64,000 nucleotides of DNA, from assembly GCA_009103225.1 (NCBI GenBank), contig RHPI01002119.1, positions 248,001-312,000 on the forward strand. The letters run 5' to 3'. Every line of letters begins with the position of its first letter. Position 1 is the stretch's first letter. Source of the DNA: Chlorokybus atmophyticus (lineage: Eukaryota; Plantae; Mesostigma and Chlorokybus algae). The position numbers and the translations under genes are program-made. The notes below the pieces were generated by a model, which searched no databases, had not been told where the DNA came from, and was given only the letters and a program-made list of their open reading frames with translations. Shown here piece by piece: positions 13,159 to 24,290 of the stretch.

Positions 13159-14460
13159 TTAAGCGGTTGGAAGACGTGCGCACTCAGCGAGTTTGCGCAA
13201 AAACCTGGCTATATTGCGTGCAACGTGTTGCAGTTTTAGCTTCATTGCTCGGACATCGTGTTGAACGTCCCTCTGCTCGCGATAAGTGTTGCCCACCACG
13301 CGCTTGACCTGCCACAACTCATACCAGATATTCCCTTCCTCACCCTTGACTTGCCGTAGCTTGCTATGGATGTTTTTAACAAGTGTCACCAAATCGTCGA
13401 CTTCAGGCCTCAGTATTGCGACATTTGCCAAGTTTGTAAGCAAATCTAGAGCAACTCTTTCCCCTCCCAGGAGCTCTTTATCCCACCAAGCATCGCTGCA
13501 TATCTGGCAGCGTTGCATGCAGCTATTGTGAAACGATGTACTGATCCAAAGTAGCATCTAGAGTAGCCGTAGCAACAACATCCATCTTACCTACAAAAAA
13601 GGCCATGGCTTCGCAAAGCGGGACATAGCAAAGCAGAGTGACGTAGCTAGAAAGACTATTTAACCATGCTCATCACTCGCTTGCAGAGAGCTGCAAGCGA
13701 CCTCAACTATAGTACACGGCGCGCCCACAACGATAAGCGCCCTCTGCACGACGACACAAGGGAAGAGCAACAGCGGACTAGCAGTAGCTGCAGCGGATGT
13801 GCTAAAAGCCTAAAAGGGGTTTGGTGATGTACTGGTCAACAAACGCGCAAGGCACAACCAACAAAACAATAATATATGCATATATAGCAGCGCATGCAGC
13901 TGGAGCGCAACCAACCAGCACGCGTACACTATACTTGTATGCACAAACACAACTACACATGCAACTACGCACAACATCCGCATGTGTGCGTAACCGCGCG
14001 CGTGCGCATTAAAATGTACTCATGAACACAAGCACTTATGTAAGCGCGCACACACGCACGCACATGTACTTAGCTTATATGCGCAAACAGAAGCACATAT
14101 GCAACTGCGCACATACGCATACACGCGCACAATGTGCATGCACATCACTAAGCAAGATGGCTTGCACGGTTATGCAGAGCAACTCAAATCAATGTGTGCA
14201 CGTGTGCGCACAGCCATTGCACATAGTTATAATTTGTCTGAATGCGTACGTGCTTTTGTGCTCTTTCGAACCTTGTCACATGCTCGACTTGTCTGTGGTG
14301 CACGGGGCGGAAGCTGCCTGCTTACGGTTACGGTAGCGGGCGTGGAGGAGGAGGATACGTGGGGCCGAAGAGCGGAAGTGGGAGCAGGAATTTGTAGGGG
14401 GGGCTTGTCTACATTGTAGGAAGGAACAGCCGCAACTGCTTCTTGTGTATTGTTCAATGC
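13159..14460 (-). CDS. Hypothetical protein (possibly degenerate); last exon is coiled-coil-like
   Basis: Open frame 13159-13557 with heptad-like text (DDLVTLVKNIHSKLRQVKGEE...VRAMKLKLQHVARNI) and a possible upstream Pro/Ser-rich exon near 14270-14440. No family recognised. Confidence 0.3.
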
Positions 14461-14730
14461 CATGCATGCACATCCAACATGCCTTTGCAGGTGCACTTTG
14501 ATGCTCTCACTAGTACGTACAACGTGCCTAGACCTGGACGCAACCACTGTGGTTGTAGCAAAGTGCGCGGTAGTACAACCACACAACCTTTCTACTGCAC
14601 CGTATGCGAAGGTACAGCCCGCCAGCAGGAAGCGATGACAACAGCAGTGTGCAGCACTGAGCACGACTGAACGATTGCACGCACGTCTGCACGCACTGAG
14701 CATTGTTGCTTGATTGTTGCGAGCAGCAGC

Positions 14731-17662
14731 ATGGCCGTCGCTGCGGCGGTCTTCAGCTGCGGCGGCGGCGGCGGTGGCGTTGGAGGCGCAGGCGCAGGTC
14801 TGAGGTTAAGGACGCGCGCATGCGCAAACGCCTCGCCGATTGCCGCAGCATGCAGCACGCCAAGCTCCGGCAAGCTCCTGTGCAGCCTCCTCAGCAGCAG
14901 CCTGGTGCGCCGCCGCAGCCTGGTGTTGCTCGGGTTACCAGGATGGCGGGGGGGGTCGCCCGTCAGGGTGTCGCCGCCGCCCTGCGACTTGCGACCATGC
15001 CTCACGTCAACTACAGCATGCAGCATATCGTCATCCTCCACTGCATACACCTCCAGCGTGTCGGCCTCCAAGCCGTCCAAGGCAACGGTGGTGGCCCTGG
15101 TCGCACTTGCGCTGGTCAGTGCAATGGGTTGCAAGCAATAGCGAAAACACTCAAAGTTGCTTCCTAGCTGAATAGACTCAACAACAGTGGTTGCTTGCTT
15201 GTTGCACAACACGCGGAGCATGGGCTCTCGAGTGCTACTGCATTGGTTGCTGCTTTGCTAGCAATGGTCAATGCATGGTGGATGAAACAATAACATCATG
15301 CAATGGTATAATTATTGTCACATACGATGCAGGTACATGAACGATGAGTGCGCAGGTCCCCGTATGCTTGTAAAACGCTCTACCATTATCAGGGTCATCA
15401 TCAATGACAGCATTACCATTGTCGTCGTCATTGCCACTGTTGATGATGACGGTAGATTTATGACACAACAATACACCATCAACACCAACGCTGATGATAA
15501 TGACGATAGTTATAATGCTCGTATTTGTTGCGGTGTCAACTGCAGGGTTTGTGCAATGCGTGCCGCAGCGTAATGTCCGCCGCCATTGTGCCTCTCTCCG
15601 CCGCCAATGGGTGGGGTGAAACCACCGCCGGCATTGTCCAGGTAAGCACACACAAAACCTCACCTGCAAAAAGCATAGTTGTAATAATGTTTGATGCAAA
15701 GTGTGCAGGGCAGCTTCTTGTGGGGTTACGCGCTCACGGGAATACCTGGAGGGGCCGCCGCAGATGCACTCGGGTCCAAGCCCGTGCTTGCACTGGTAAG
15801 AAGCAGACACGTGGTGTTTATCATCATAATGTAAACATTGGTATGGTCTGTAGGGCGTGTGCGTGTGGTCGCTATGTACGCTGCTGACGCCATGGGCGGC
15901 CTCCACGCGCTCCATCACCACACTAATAGCGGTCAGGGCTTTACTCGGAGCTGGGCAGGTGCGTGTGAAGCTTGTTGTCACGAAATACACGCATATGCAC
16001 AGGCATGTCCGTATACGTGTGTGCGCGTGTGCGTACGCGTACCNNNTCACGCGGCCCCCCAACTCATGCCCACATACAGGGTGTGGCGCTACCGTGCATG
16101 AACCTCACGCTCTCACGGTGGGTTGGCAAAGGCGAGCGCGCACGGGCCGTCGCTACAGCTATGGCCGGATTTCACCTCGGCAGCATGTCTGGTGCAGTAA
16201 CTTGCGTTGCTTTGCTTCAAATACACATGGCGAGACCCCTTGACAATGTTCTCATCACTTGCTATGTCTGCAGGGCTGTTGCTTGCACCTCCACTCATGT
16301 CACGCTTCGGCCTGCAAGGTACGCATAATTAAATGTGTGTGCAAGACAGCTGTCTGATAAGTAACTCACCACTTGCACAATAACAGGGCCATTCATCATG
16401 CTTGGAGCCCTCGGCGCAATGTGGCTATGCGCGTGGCTGACAATCATGCCTTCGCACCACACACCCACAGTCCCAACACCACAACCAGGTACAACGCATG
16501 CACACGCACTGTTCCCATCCTTTGGTTGCCATGCTTATACCAATAACATTCAGCACTGTTGTCAGCAGTTGAGAGTCGTGCGCATAGCGATATTGCGAAG
16601 ACAAGCAGTAATGTTGGGTACGGAGCCCTGGTTCGGTCTCCAGCGTGCTGGGCGATTGTCATAGCGAACGGCGTGAACAACTTTGGGTATTTTGTTCTTC
16701 TGTCGTGGATGCCACTCTTCTTTCATCGGGCTGTTGGACTTGACATCCGGCGCAGCAGTTGGCTCAGGTAACAATTCCATCAATCGACAATCGCTGTTGT
16801 GTACGGTTGTTAAGGGTCAGTCCGAGAGAAGAGTCAATGTGTTGAAACCTGTCTGTGTTGATAAAGTAGCAGAGCTTGTGTTGTGCTGTGTTGTGCTGTT
16901 GCTTTTGTTGCTTGCATGTCGTTGTGTTGACAAATCCAATCTGCTATGTGTTCAGTGCACTGCCGTGGGCGGTGATGGCTGCGTGTGGAAGCGTGGCCGG
17001 CTTTGCCTCCGACACGCTGGTGGCGAGAAGGGTCAGCATCACCACCGTGCGGAAGCTTATGCAGGTAAGTGTAACATGTAACTATGCGTGAACATCGATT
17101 GAACAAAGTACACAACAATATGGTTATGAACAGAGCATCGGCTTTTTGGGACCCGCGGCGGCCCTGACAGCCCTTTCCTTCACCACACAACCCGGGCCAG
17201 TAAGCGTGCTACATGCACATGTTTCTTAGCGATCAGTGTGAGCACCCATACTTCATGTGTGGAACATGTCTGTGTGCCCCTTTCCTCTATTGGCCAGGTT
17301 TTGGCGTGTTTTAGCGTGGCGCTCGGGCTGTCGTCCTTCTCGCAGGCGGGGTTCCTGGTGAACCACGCCGAGGTGGCCCCGCGCTTCGCCGGCATCCTGC
17401 ACGGCACCAGCAACGCCTTCGGCACCCTCACCGGCATTGCAGGTGCATTCAACACGTTGGTATGATGTGTTTCTCCCTCTTCGGCATGTGAATTGAATCT
17501 CTCCATCCCTCTGCCTCCCCTGCAGGCATTGCGATGACGGGGTTCATATTGGAAAGGACAGGTGGGAAGTGGCAGGCGGTGTTGGCGGCAACGGCGGCCG
17601 CGTATGTGATTGGGACGGCGGTGTGGCTGGCATTTGCCACAGGAGAGAAGCGAGTTGATTGA
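14731..17662 (+). CDS. PHT4: Plastid PHT4/ANTR anion (phosphate) transporter, SLC17/MFS family, PHT4;2/4;3-like
   Basis: Transit peptide; LCNACRSVMSAAIVP; SFLWGYALTGIPGG; RALLGAGEGVALP; SPACWAIVIAN; FVLLSWMP; GFLVNHAEVAPRFAGILHG; WLAFATGEK. Stop at 17660-17662. Confidence 0.9.
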
Positions 17663-18679
17663 GTCGCTGCGTATCGGTGTTGGTAGGCTTGGCTTGTACC
17701 CGATCATTGTTGCAACTGCTGGTTGCACTCGCGGACTCACAAGCCTAGAAGTAGTTGCACAGTGGGAGGTAGCTTCATGTTCCTGATTATGGTTAATGTC
17801 AATCATAGCAATGTACAGCTTTACAGATCGTTCATTCTGCAAAGCAATCAGATGGAAGCTGGTGAAGCGCTACAAGAACACCATGCGTTGCATCTCAAAG
17901 AGCTCTTTGCATGTTGCACGTAGCCACCATAATTGAATCAAGTTGCTCACCAGCTGTGCGCAGTCGTGTTTGGCAATTGGAAGACTAATTCATTGGGCGG
18001 ATGCGATGTTCTACATGTACCAGCTATAAGCCCACGTGACTTGACGACACCGAGCTGTCAATGGCGATCTAACAGCAACATATACACTCAACCAAGCTCA
18101 AGAGTGCAAGGATGTGTGCGCAAGCCAGCCAGCCAACACAGCAATAGCAATGGCATTGAAGCTAAACAGAAGTTCTGGGGGGCCCACAGCAGCGCTAGCT
18201 ATACACAAGCAGCGCTAGCTTTACAACAACTGACAGCAAAGAACGGCATGAGGCAAGCAGGCTGCCTGGCAGGGCAGGGTGTAACCCCATGTATTCGTGG
18301 CACCACCAACGCTAGAGCACAGCAATGCCACCATGCTGAGTGGCAGCCATTCGTAACCCCTTGCAACGCTTGCGAGTCACTCGCAACATGGGGTGTGGCT
18401 CGCAAGTATTTGCACCAGGCTAACTGTTGTTGGTGCACAACCTTGCAGGCCAAGTTCGCACTCTTGCGGCTTGCCAATCGCTTTGGCCAGGCCTCACAGC
18501 AGATCCATGTGCTCAAAGTAGCCGCATGTAGCCTCTCGCGGGCGCCAACTGCAGTTGGTTGCCGGCGGCACCCAATGTGACACGGTAGAGCACCATAATC
18601 CTCATCATCACTTTGTGTATATATAGCCTTGCCACAAACAAATGCCCGATGAACGCTGCGTGCTCTTCCAACTTTTTGT

Positions 18680-20919
18680 CTACGCAAAGTTTGGTGCTGT
18701 GGGTCCAGTCAACGAGGTCTTTCGCCGCACATTCATGCTTCGCAGGACGTCCCTCAGCGTGTCCGCATAAAGGAGATCCAAACTCGGGTGCACGCGCATG
18801 TTCGCCAGGTGGCAGTATATGTGTGACACGCACTTCTTACGGAGGTCCGCCAGGCCGTGCCGTGTGGCGTATGCGCACAGCTCGCACACATTGTCCTGCC
18901 ACATCATGGCGGAGGCTCTCACCAGGGCCAGATCTTTGTGTAAGATCTGATCAGCGTAGCGCATTGTCTCGACGGCAGTCATTGCATCCATCGTGGTGGG
19001 CAAGTTGTTGGTGTAAAGGTACTCCAACACGGCCCCGAACACGTCCGCGGACACCTCGCTTACATGGACACGGTCCAACACCCACGTGTCCCAAAACATG
19101 CGGCAGAAGTACTCGCACCGTTGGGCGAGAAGCTCCTTCAGAGCACGAACCTCCTTCCCTTCCACAACAAAAACCACCTTTCCTGAAGGCAGGTCTGTGT
19201 TCTTGAACAATGCCAGCATGTCCATCGCGAGCGTCTTGTGTGAAGAAGGGCCATGCGTCTCGAAGTAACTCCCCACTTCAATACCCTTTACGCAGTTACC
19301 ATCAACCTGGACATGTGACACAACACGTGAGCGTTAGTGATAAGCACAACTTCTCCTCCAATATTGTCCTCCATCATTGCAGATTACAACAATGGCTTAC
19401 AAAGTAGAGCCAGCCTCGCTTTGAGTCCAAGGCAAGGCAGGATGCTTTGCCATTTGGCAATATTTGCTTTGTTGTTGACAAGGATGGCTTATAAGCTATG
19501 TATGGCTTGGGTAGTGCACGCGAGTCGGCGATAAACAGAGCCCCGTTACCGTACGCTGCTGCTATTTGTAGCAATGGTGGATGAATTCGTGGACGCGTTC
19601 GAGAGAGATCCGAGGTGAAAGGAGGACACCTTATACTTGACCAACCCGCCAATGGTCCCGATGGGTGTGAGTCTCTTCCTCACAATGGGTTGGGAGTTGG
19701 ATGGAGGGTTGGTTGTCATGGTGCCAACAACCTCAACCATGGCGTTGGCGGGGTCGCGTGTCATGCCGCTGTGCCACGGACGCAGACCCAAGCACGCCTT
19801 GACGACGGTTTTCACCCCACCCGCAGACACGTGGTGCAACCCACCTTGGTAGTCCAACAGAAGCAACGCCCCGTCACCCAACGCCACCATCGCAGCCACA
19901 CACGTGTTCAACGTGGCCATCAAACACGCCTGCAGCACAAAACAACGTAAGCTACACCTCAGAGCTGCTGCTTCTAATGTGTCATGTACTCAACCATTGA
20001 ACAATTGTTCAATGAGTCAGTGCACCAGCACAATAGTTCACCTGTGTGAGACAGACATGAGCGTACCTGACCATCAATGAGTTTGTTGATACGTGAGTCG
20101 GAGAAGTATACAGTGCCATCATCGTGCGCAACAGTGATGCACTTGGGATAATGAGCTGTGCCACTGCGCGGGTGGTGCGCCGCCAGGGCCCCAACATGGT
20201 CTATTTGTGGCAGCACAATAGTGCATACCATAGAGTCTGTTCGGCTGATCCGTCGGATGCGATCGAGCGGCTCAACAACAAGGATGTTTCCGCTTGCATC
20301 GACGTTATCTCACGTGGAGCAAGGAAGCGAGCGCTTGAGCATGGACCGTCTAGCCGCCCTAAGTCGTGTCTGTGCCCCGCGATGAGCGTGACGGCGAGCA
20401 TCAGCGTTACTTTCTTGTTGCACTTGTTTACGTTGCCTGTGAGCACACAACAGCGCATGCTCTGTGAATATGGTTACTAACAGTTCAGCAGCTCACGTGG
20501 ATGTATGCATGTGTGCGTGCGCATGTATGCAGGTAAAGTCGTCAGTACAATCACAAGAAGTAAAGCACGTGCATGAACCAATTGGACCGAAAGATGCGTA
20601 ACTTCATTGGCGTGCATGTTTGTGTCTGCGTGCGGTAACGGATTGAGAAAGCTACGCATGGCTTGTCTTCCAGGATACCAACAGACCATTAGCTGAGCAT
20701 TACAGTAACACGCCAAGCACCGTGTCCAGACGCACTTACATGCTGACTGCAAACTGACTGCTGTTTGGGTGCAATACATTGCAACTCACTAGACTGATTG
20801 GCAGGAAAACAGTCCACAGCATCCTTGGCTGGAGTAAATGCAGCGATAGCCGACCCGAGCGTGCCATCACCTTGACCACCATTTGTTAAGCTGAACACAA
20901 GCTTTGGCAAGGGAAGCAA
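18680..20919 (-). CDS. NHL-like beta-propeller + BTB/POZ domain protein; ends uncertain
   Basis: TLIAGHRHDLGRLDGPCSSARFLAPREIT, CITVAHDDGTVYFSD and GNGALFIADS (NHL-like), followed by BTB: VVFVVEGKEVRALKELLAQRCEYFCRMF..VSADVFGAVLEYLYT..LRKKCVSHI. Confidence 0.75.
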
Positions 20920-22011
20920 ATCGGCTATTAGGCATTGTATTGTTTGCCTTTATGTGCTACGTGGAAGTAAAACCCACAAATCTCTTGCTCTGACAATTGG
21001 TGAAATGCGAAAGCACTGGACAAGCACTTGAAGCACTCACAACCAACGAGTGCAGGCTGTGGGTTGACAGACATTTTAACTGTACTTGAGGTTCAGCGCT
21101 GAGCCGCAAGCAAGGACGCTCTGGCAACGCCCGAGCTAGGTTGCGCTTGGCTTCAGCAGCTTTGTCATATGCACACTGCCATGCAGTTCCTACATGTGTA
21201 CAAACCCGTGGGCACTCAAGCAGAGGTGGCTACGGCCGGCCGATCTGCTGCACCCTGCTCTGCGCCAAGCCCGTCCTCCTCTTGGACCAGGCCAGTGGTG
21301 ACCCAATAGCGGGAGGTTCTGGCCAAGTCCCAGACACTCAAGCAGGCTCCCAGCTGTTTCCCAGAAACAGCTGGGAGCCTGCTTGTTCCTTGCTCAAGCT
21401 GTAAGTAACCGTGAATTAGGCACAGCAGGCGACGCAGTGGAGCTCCTCTTCACTCCTGCCGCCGCCCCTGCCTCCGCATGCGCCACGTCTGTGCACGCTC
21501 TTCCCCTCCCTCTGCTCAGTACCGAGTTATGGCGGGAAAGCACTGGAGTCAGCCCTTGATATACGGGTCTTGCTTATGATGCAGTCCCTGCCAGTCAATG
21601 ATCTGCCCGGGCCTTTCACGCGGGCCGCTTGTTCTTATGTGCATGCGCAATTTGCCAACATGCCCATAGTGCCCGCACTGTGGAGTTATTCTTGCAAATT
21701 GTCTTCATTGTGCGTCACCTGCAATGTTAAAGTACCAACAATTGCTGAGGTACTTGTTGTAAACAACAAACACTTGTTGCATTTAATGTCAAAATGATTA
21801 AATGAATCATTATGATATGCCTTACTCATTGTTTACCCAAAACTAATGAGTGTGGTTTACATAAGCCGCCAATTGCTCAAGTAAAGATGCTTATCGCAAC
21901 AACAGCATGTTACGCAATTCTTATAGTACAAACTAGTAGATATATCATATAAAGATGAATTTAAGATTCATTTTTACGACATGCAGTCAACACGTCTTAC
22001 CTTTTGCCTAC

Positions 22012-22520
22012 TGTCACGAATTGGGATAAATTGTGACAGACTTCACTCATGGTAGTGTCTTTTACTACCATAGCCTAGTGGTCATGCCCCAATCCTTACA
22101 TTGGTAACGGAGCTTGACGTCTCAGGTTCAATTCCCGTAGGGAACTGAGGCAGATCCAAGGCAAAAAACAACAACATTTTGGGCGGCTTGCCCTAGGCTG
22201 GGCGCGGGATCACGACCTGCGCGCCGCGCCAGTTCAACCTAAGGCCGCGTGAGCGGTCGCGTTGCGATGGCAGGTCGCGCGGTGAGGATGGCCGTTGGGT
22301 CGGCCAGGACCGTTCGCGGGCCGGATCCAACAGGCCGCGGGCAGACCAATCGTGGTACGGTCGCGAACACGGCGACGTGGGCTAGTGCCTCATTGGATTA
22401 TGAGGAACTCATGGGTTGAATTGGGGAGGAATGTCACGAATTGGAATAAATTGTGACAGACTTCACTCATGGTAGTGTCTTTTACTACCATAGCCTAGTG
22501 GTCAGGCCCCAATTGTTACA
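22012..22520 (+). mobile_element. TRIM-like miniature LTR element, copy 1 (509 bp): LTR-A' 22012-22100, PBS2 from 22102, int2, PPT to 22431, LTR-A 22432-22520
   Basis: 89-bp direct repeats TGTCAC...TTACA. TGGTAACGGAGC follows the 5' LTR and GGGGAGGAA precedes the 3' LTR. Non-coding. Flanks CCTAC and GGTAT do not match each other. Confidence 0.9.
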
Positions 22521-23243
22521 GGTATTGGAGGAGTCATCTCCGCAAGGCCTGCGCACAACAGCAGCGCCTGCGGCAGCAGTCAATGCCGGATGATTTTGCA
22601 ATTGCTTATGGACGTCAATGTCCCGCAACCGTTGAAACTCCTAACATACACACAACCATTGGTGCAAAGCAAGACATTGACGACCACACACAGCAGGCTT
22701 GATCAGGATGGTGTCCTGTGGTCAGTGCCCTAATCCTAATGCAGCTGCATACCGTAGAGACAATGCACCTATGTTGAATGCCATGGTTGCTGACAGAATC
22801 ACTGGTTGTACCTCGATGGGGTCTTGAACGGTGACACCCGTAGCTTCTATCACATCGCTTGTTTGTAAACTGCGTGCACCAGCCCTTTGGCGTTGAACCT
22901 TGCTGGCGTTGGGGAAGGGAAAGTTTAAGCACCTGCGCAAGAGATCTCGCTCTCGATCTAGATGATTAGCAATGATGTGGGAGACCTTTGACATGATTAG
23001 CTCTGTGGTAGATTAGTAACACGCTTGCACACCTGCCCCACTCGCAAATGGGGATCCATGTCCAAAAATGCCTACAAGTTGTGATATGTGCAGAAACGGA
23101 CGACATGGGTAATGTTTTCGCCGTCGACAGCTGCACGCTCGACAGCCACGACGAGCTTCCAATGTGTCTATAAGGTTGCTGCGGCAGCTGCACAAGCGGC
23201 TTGTCCGATTTTTTTCCAATATCCCAATTACTGATGTGCAAGA
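22521..23243 (-). pseudogene. Degenerate reading frame, 5' half of a locus split by the TRIM insertion and inversion (continues at 33851+)
   Basis: Long frame with sparse stops (SKVSHIIANHLDRERDLLRR...EFQRLRDIDVHKQLQNHPALTAAAGAAVVRRPCGDDSSNT) that stays open when joined through the TSD to 33856 onward (SATARAMEAMCLPGALAEDLRCQMKLYLMLVALP). Family unknown. Confidence 0.4.
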
Positions 23244-23244
23244 C

Positions 23245-24025
23245 TTAAAGTAAAGTGGCTTGATGGCGTTGAGATACTGCCTAGTGAGTTTTTAGTAGGT
23301 TTGAGTTTTTAATAGGTTGGTGATTAAGATCATGCAGACACGACGTAAACACCGACTCACCATTTAAAACGTATTAAACGAGGGGCTGCACTCGATCGTA
23401 CCTATCTTGAAAGGCAATGACTGATTTGCCGGTCCAAAAACTACCCGACATGTTAAAGCCATTTGCAGTTATGAATTATGCATCATTGTTGGGAACGGCC
23501 GCTATCCTTTCGCAGAATGGACATCTGGTGGCTTTTTTAAGCTTTGAATAAAAGCCGGCAGAGCGCAACTACTCAACAATTGATCAAGAATTACTGGGAG
23601 TTGTAAAAGCATTTTACAGGTTACTTTGAAGGTAATATATTCAGAGTGATTACTGACCACAATCTCCCTTCATATATCTTAATACCCAACCCAATTGGAG
23701 TAAAAGACAAGTTGGGTGGTGGATGCAATTCCTCTCGATTTAATTGGGATTGGGAGTATAGACCGGGTAGATTAAATGCCGCGGTTCCCCTAGGTGGAAA
23801 CCCTTTTCTAGTGAGTAAATTATTATTGACTTAAAAAGGGGGAGAGTGAATTGGGGTTTATCCATGAATTAAAAGCCTATTTGGATGCTCCCAAATTTAT
23901 TGTGAAACATGGTGATAAGCTTACCGAAAAACAGGGACGTTTGTATATGGGACGCTAAGTGGCGGTTCAAAGGGTTTATAATTTACGAACACAATGCATT
24001 GGTGAATCACATGATTCACCAAGGG
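23245..24025 (+). pseudogene. Ty3/gypsy pol remnant (RT thumb, RNase H, start of integrase zinc finger)
   Basis: Frameshifted and stop-containing motifs: LPVQKLPDMLKPFAVMNYASLLGTAAILSQNGHLVAFLS..KPAERNYSTIDQELLGVVKAF, YFEGNIFRVITDH, RQVGWWMQFLS, WEYRPGRLNAA, LRTQCIGESHDSP. Confidence 0.8.
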
Positions 24026-24027
24026 CT

Positions 24028-24290
24028 TTAACGCCTCGTGCCATGCCTGGCACTGCTTTTTCAAAGTTTTAATATTGGCACGTCTTACTGGGACAATATC
24101 GGTCTAAGTTTGTGCCAGCAGTGGCATACTATGTCAGTACTGGCACAGCATTTGTGTCATTTATGGACCTGTGTTGGCACACTTTGTGCCAGTACTAACA
24201 CTAGTCTTTTATAGGTTGCCAGCACTGGCACAATGTTTTTGTGCAAGTACTGGCACGGAATTGTGTTAGTACTGACACGGGGCGCTGGAA
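24028..24290. mobile_element. Degenerate MITE-like element with repeated palindromic motif GTGCCAGTACTGGCAC
   Basis: About 5-6 decayed copies of the 16-bp palindrome. Imperfect terminal inverted repeats AACGCCTCGTGCCA / TGACACGGGGCGCT (11/14). TTAA on the left side only. Confidence 0.45.

Noticed and set aside
14490-14670. Plus-strand exon-like frame with CGC..YCTVCEG (zinc finger?)
   Set aside because: It lies immediately upstream of the PHT4 ATG, has no clear partner exons, and the Cys spacing matches no family I recognise.
22064-22145. tRNA gene (A-box and B-box present)
   Set aside because: Acceptor and T stems do not pair and the anticodon loop is 6 nt. The sequence spans an LTR/PBS junction of the TRIM.
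23999-24022. 10-bp perfect hairpin TTGGTGAATC-ACAT-GATTCACCAA
   Set aside because: It lies within the gypsy integrase-derived IGESHDSP codons. There is no independent evidence of function.
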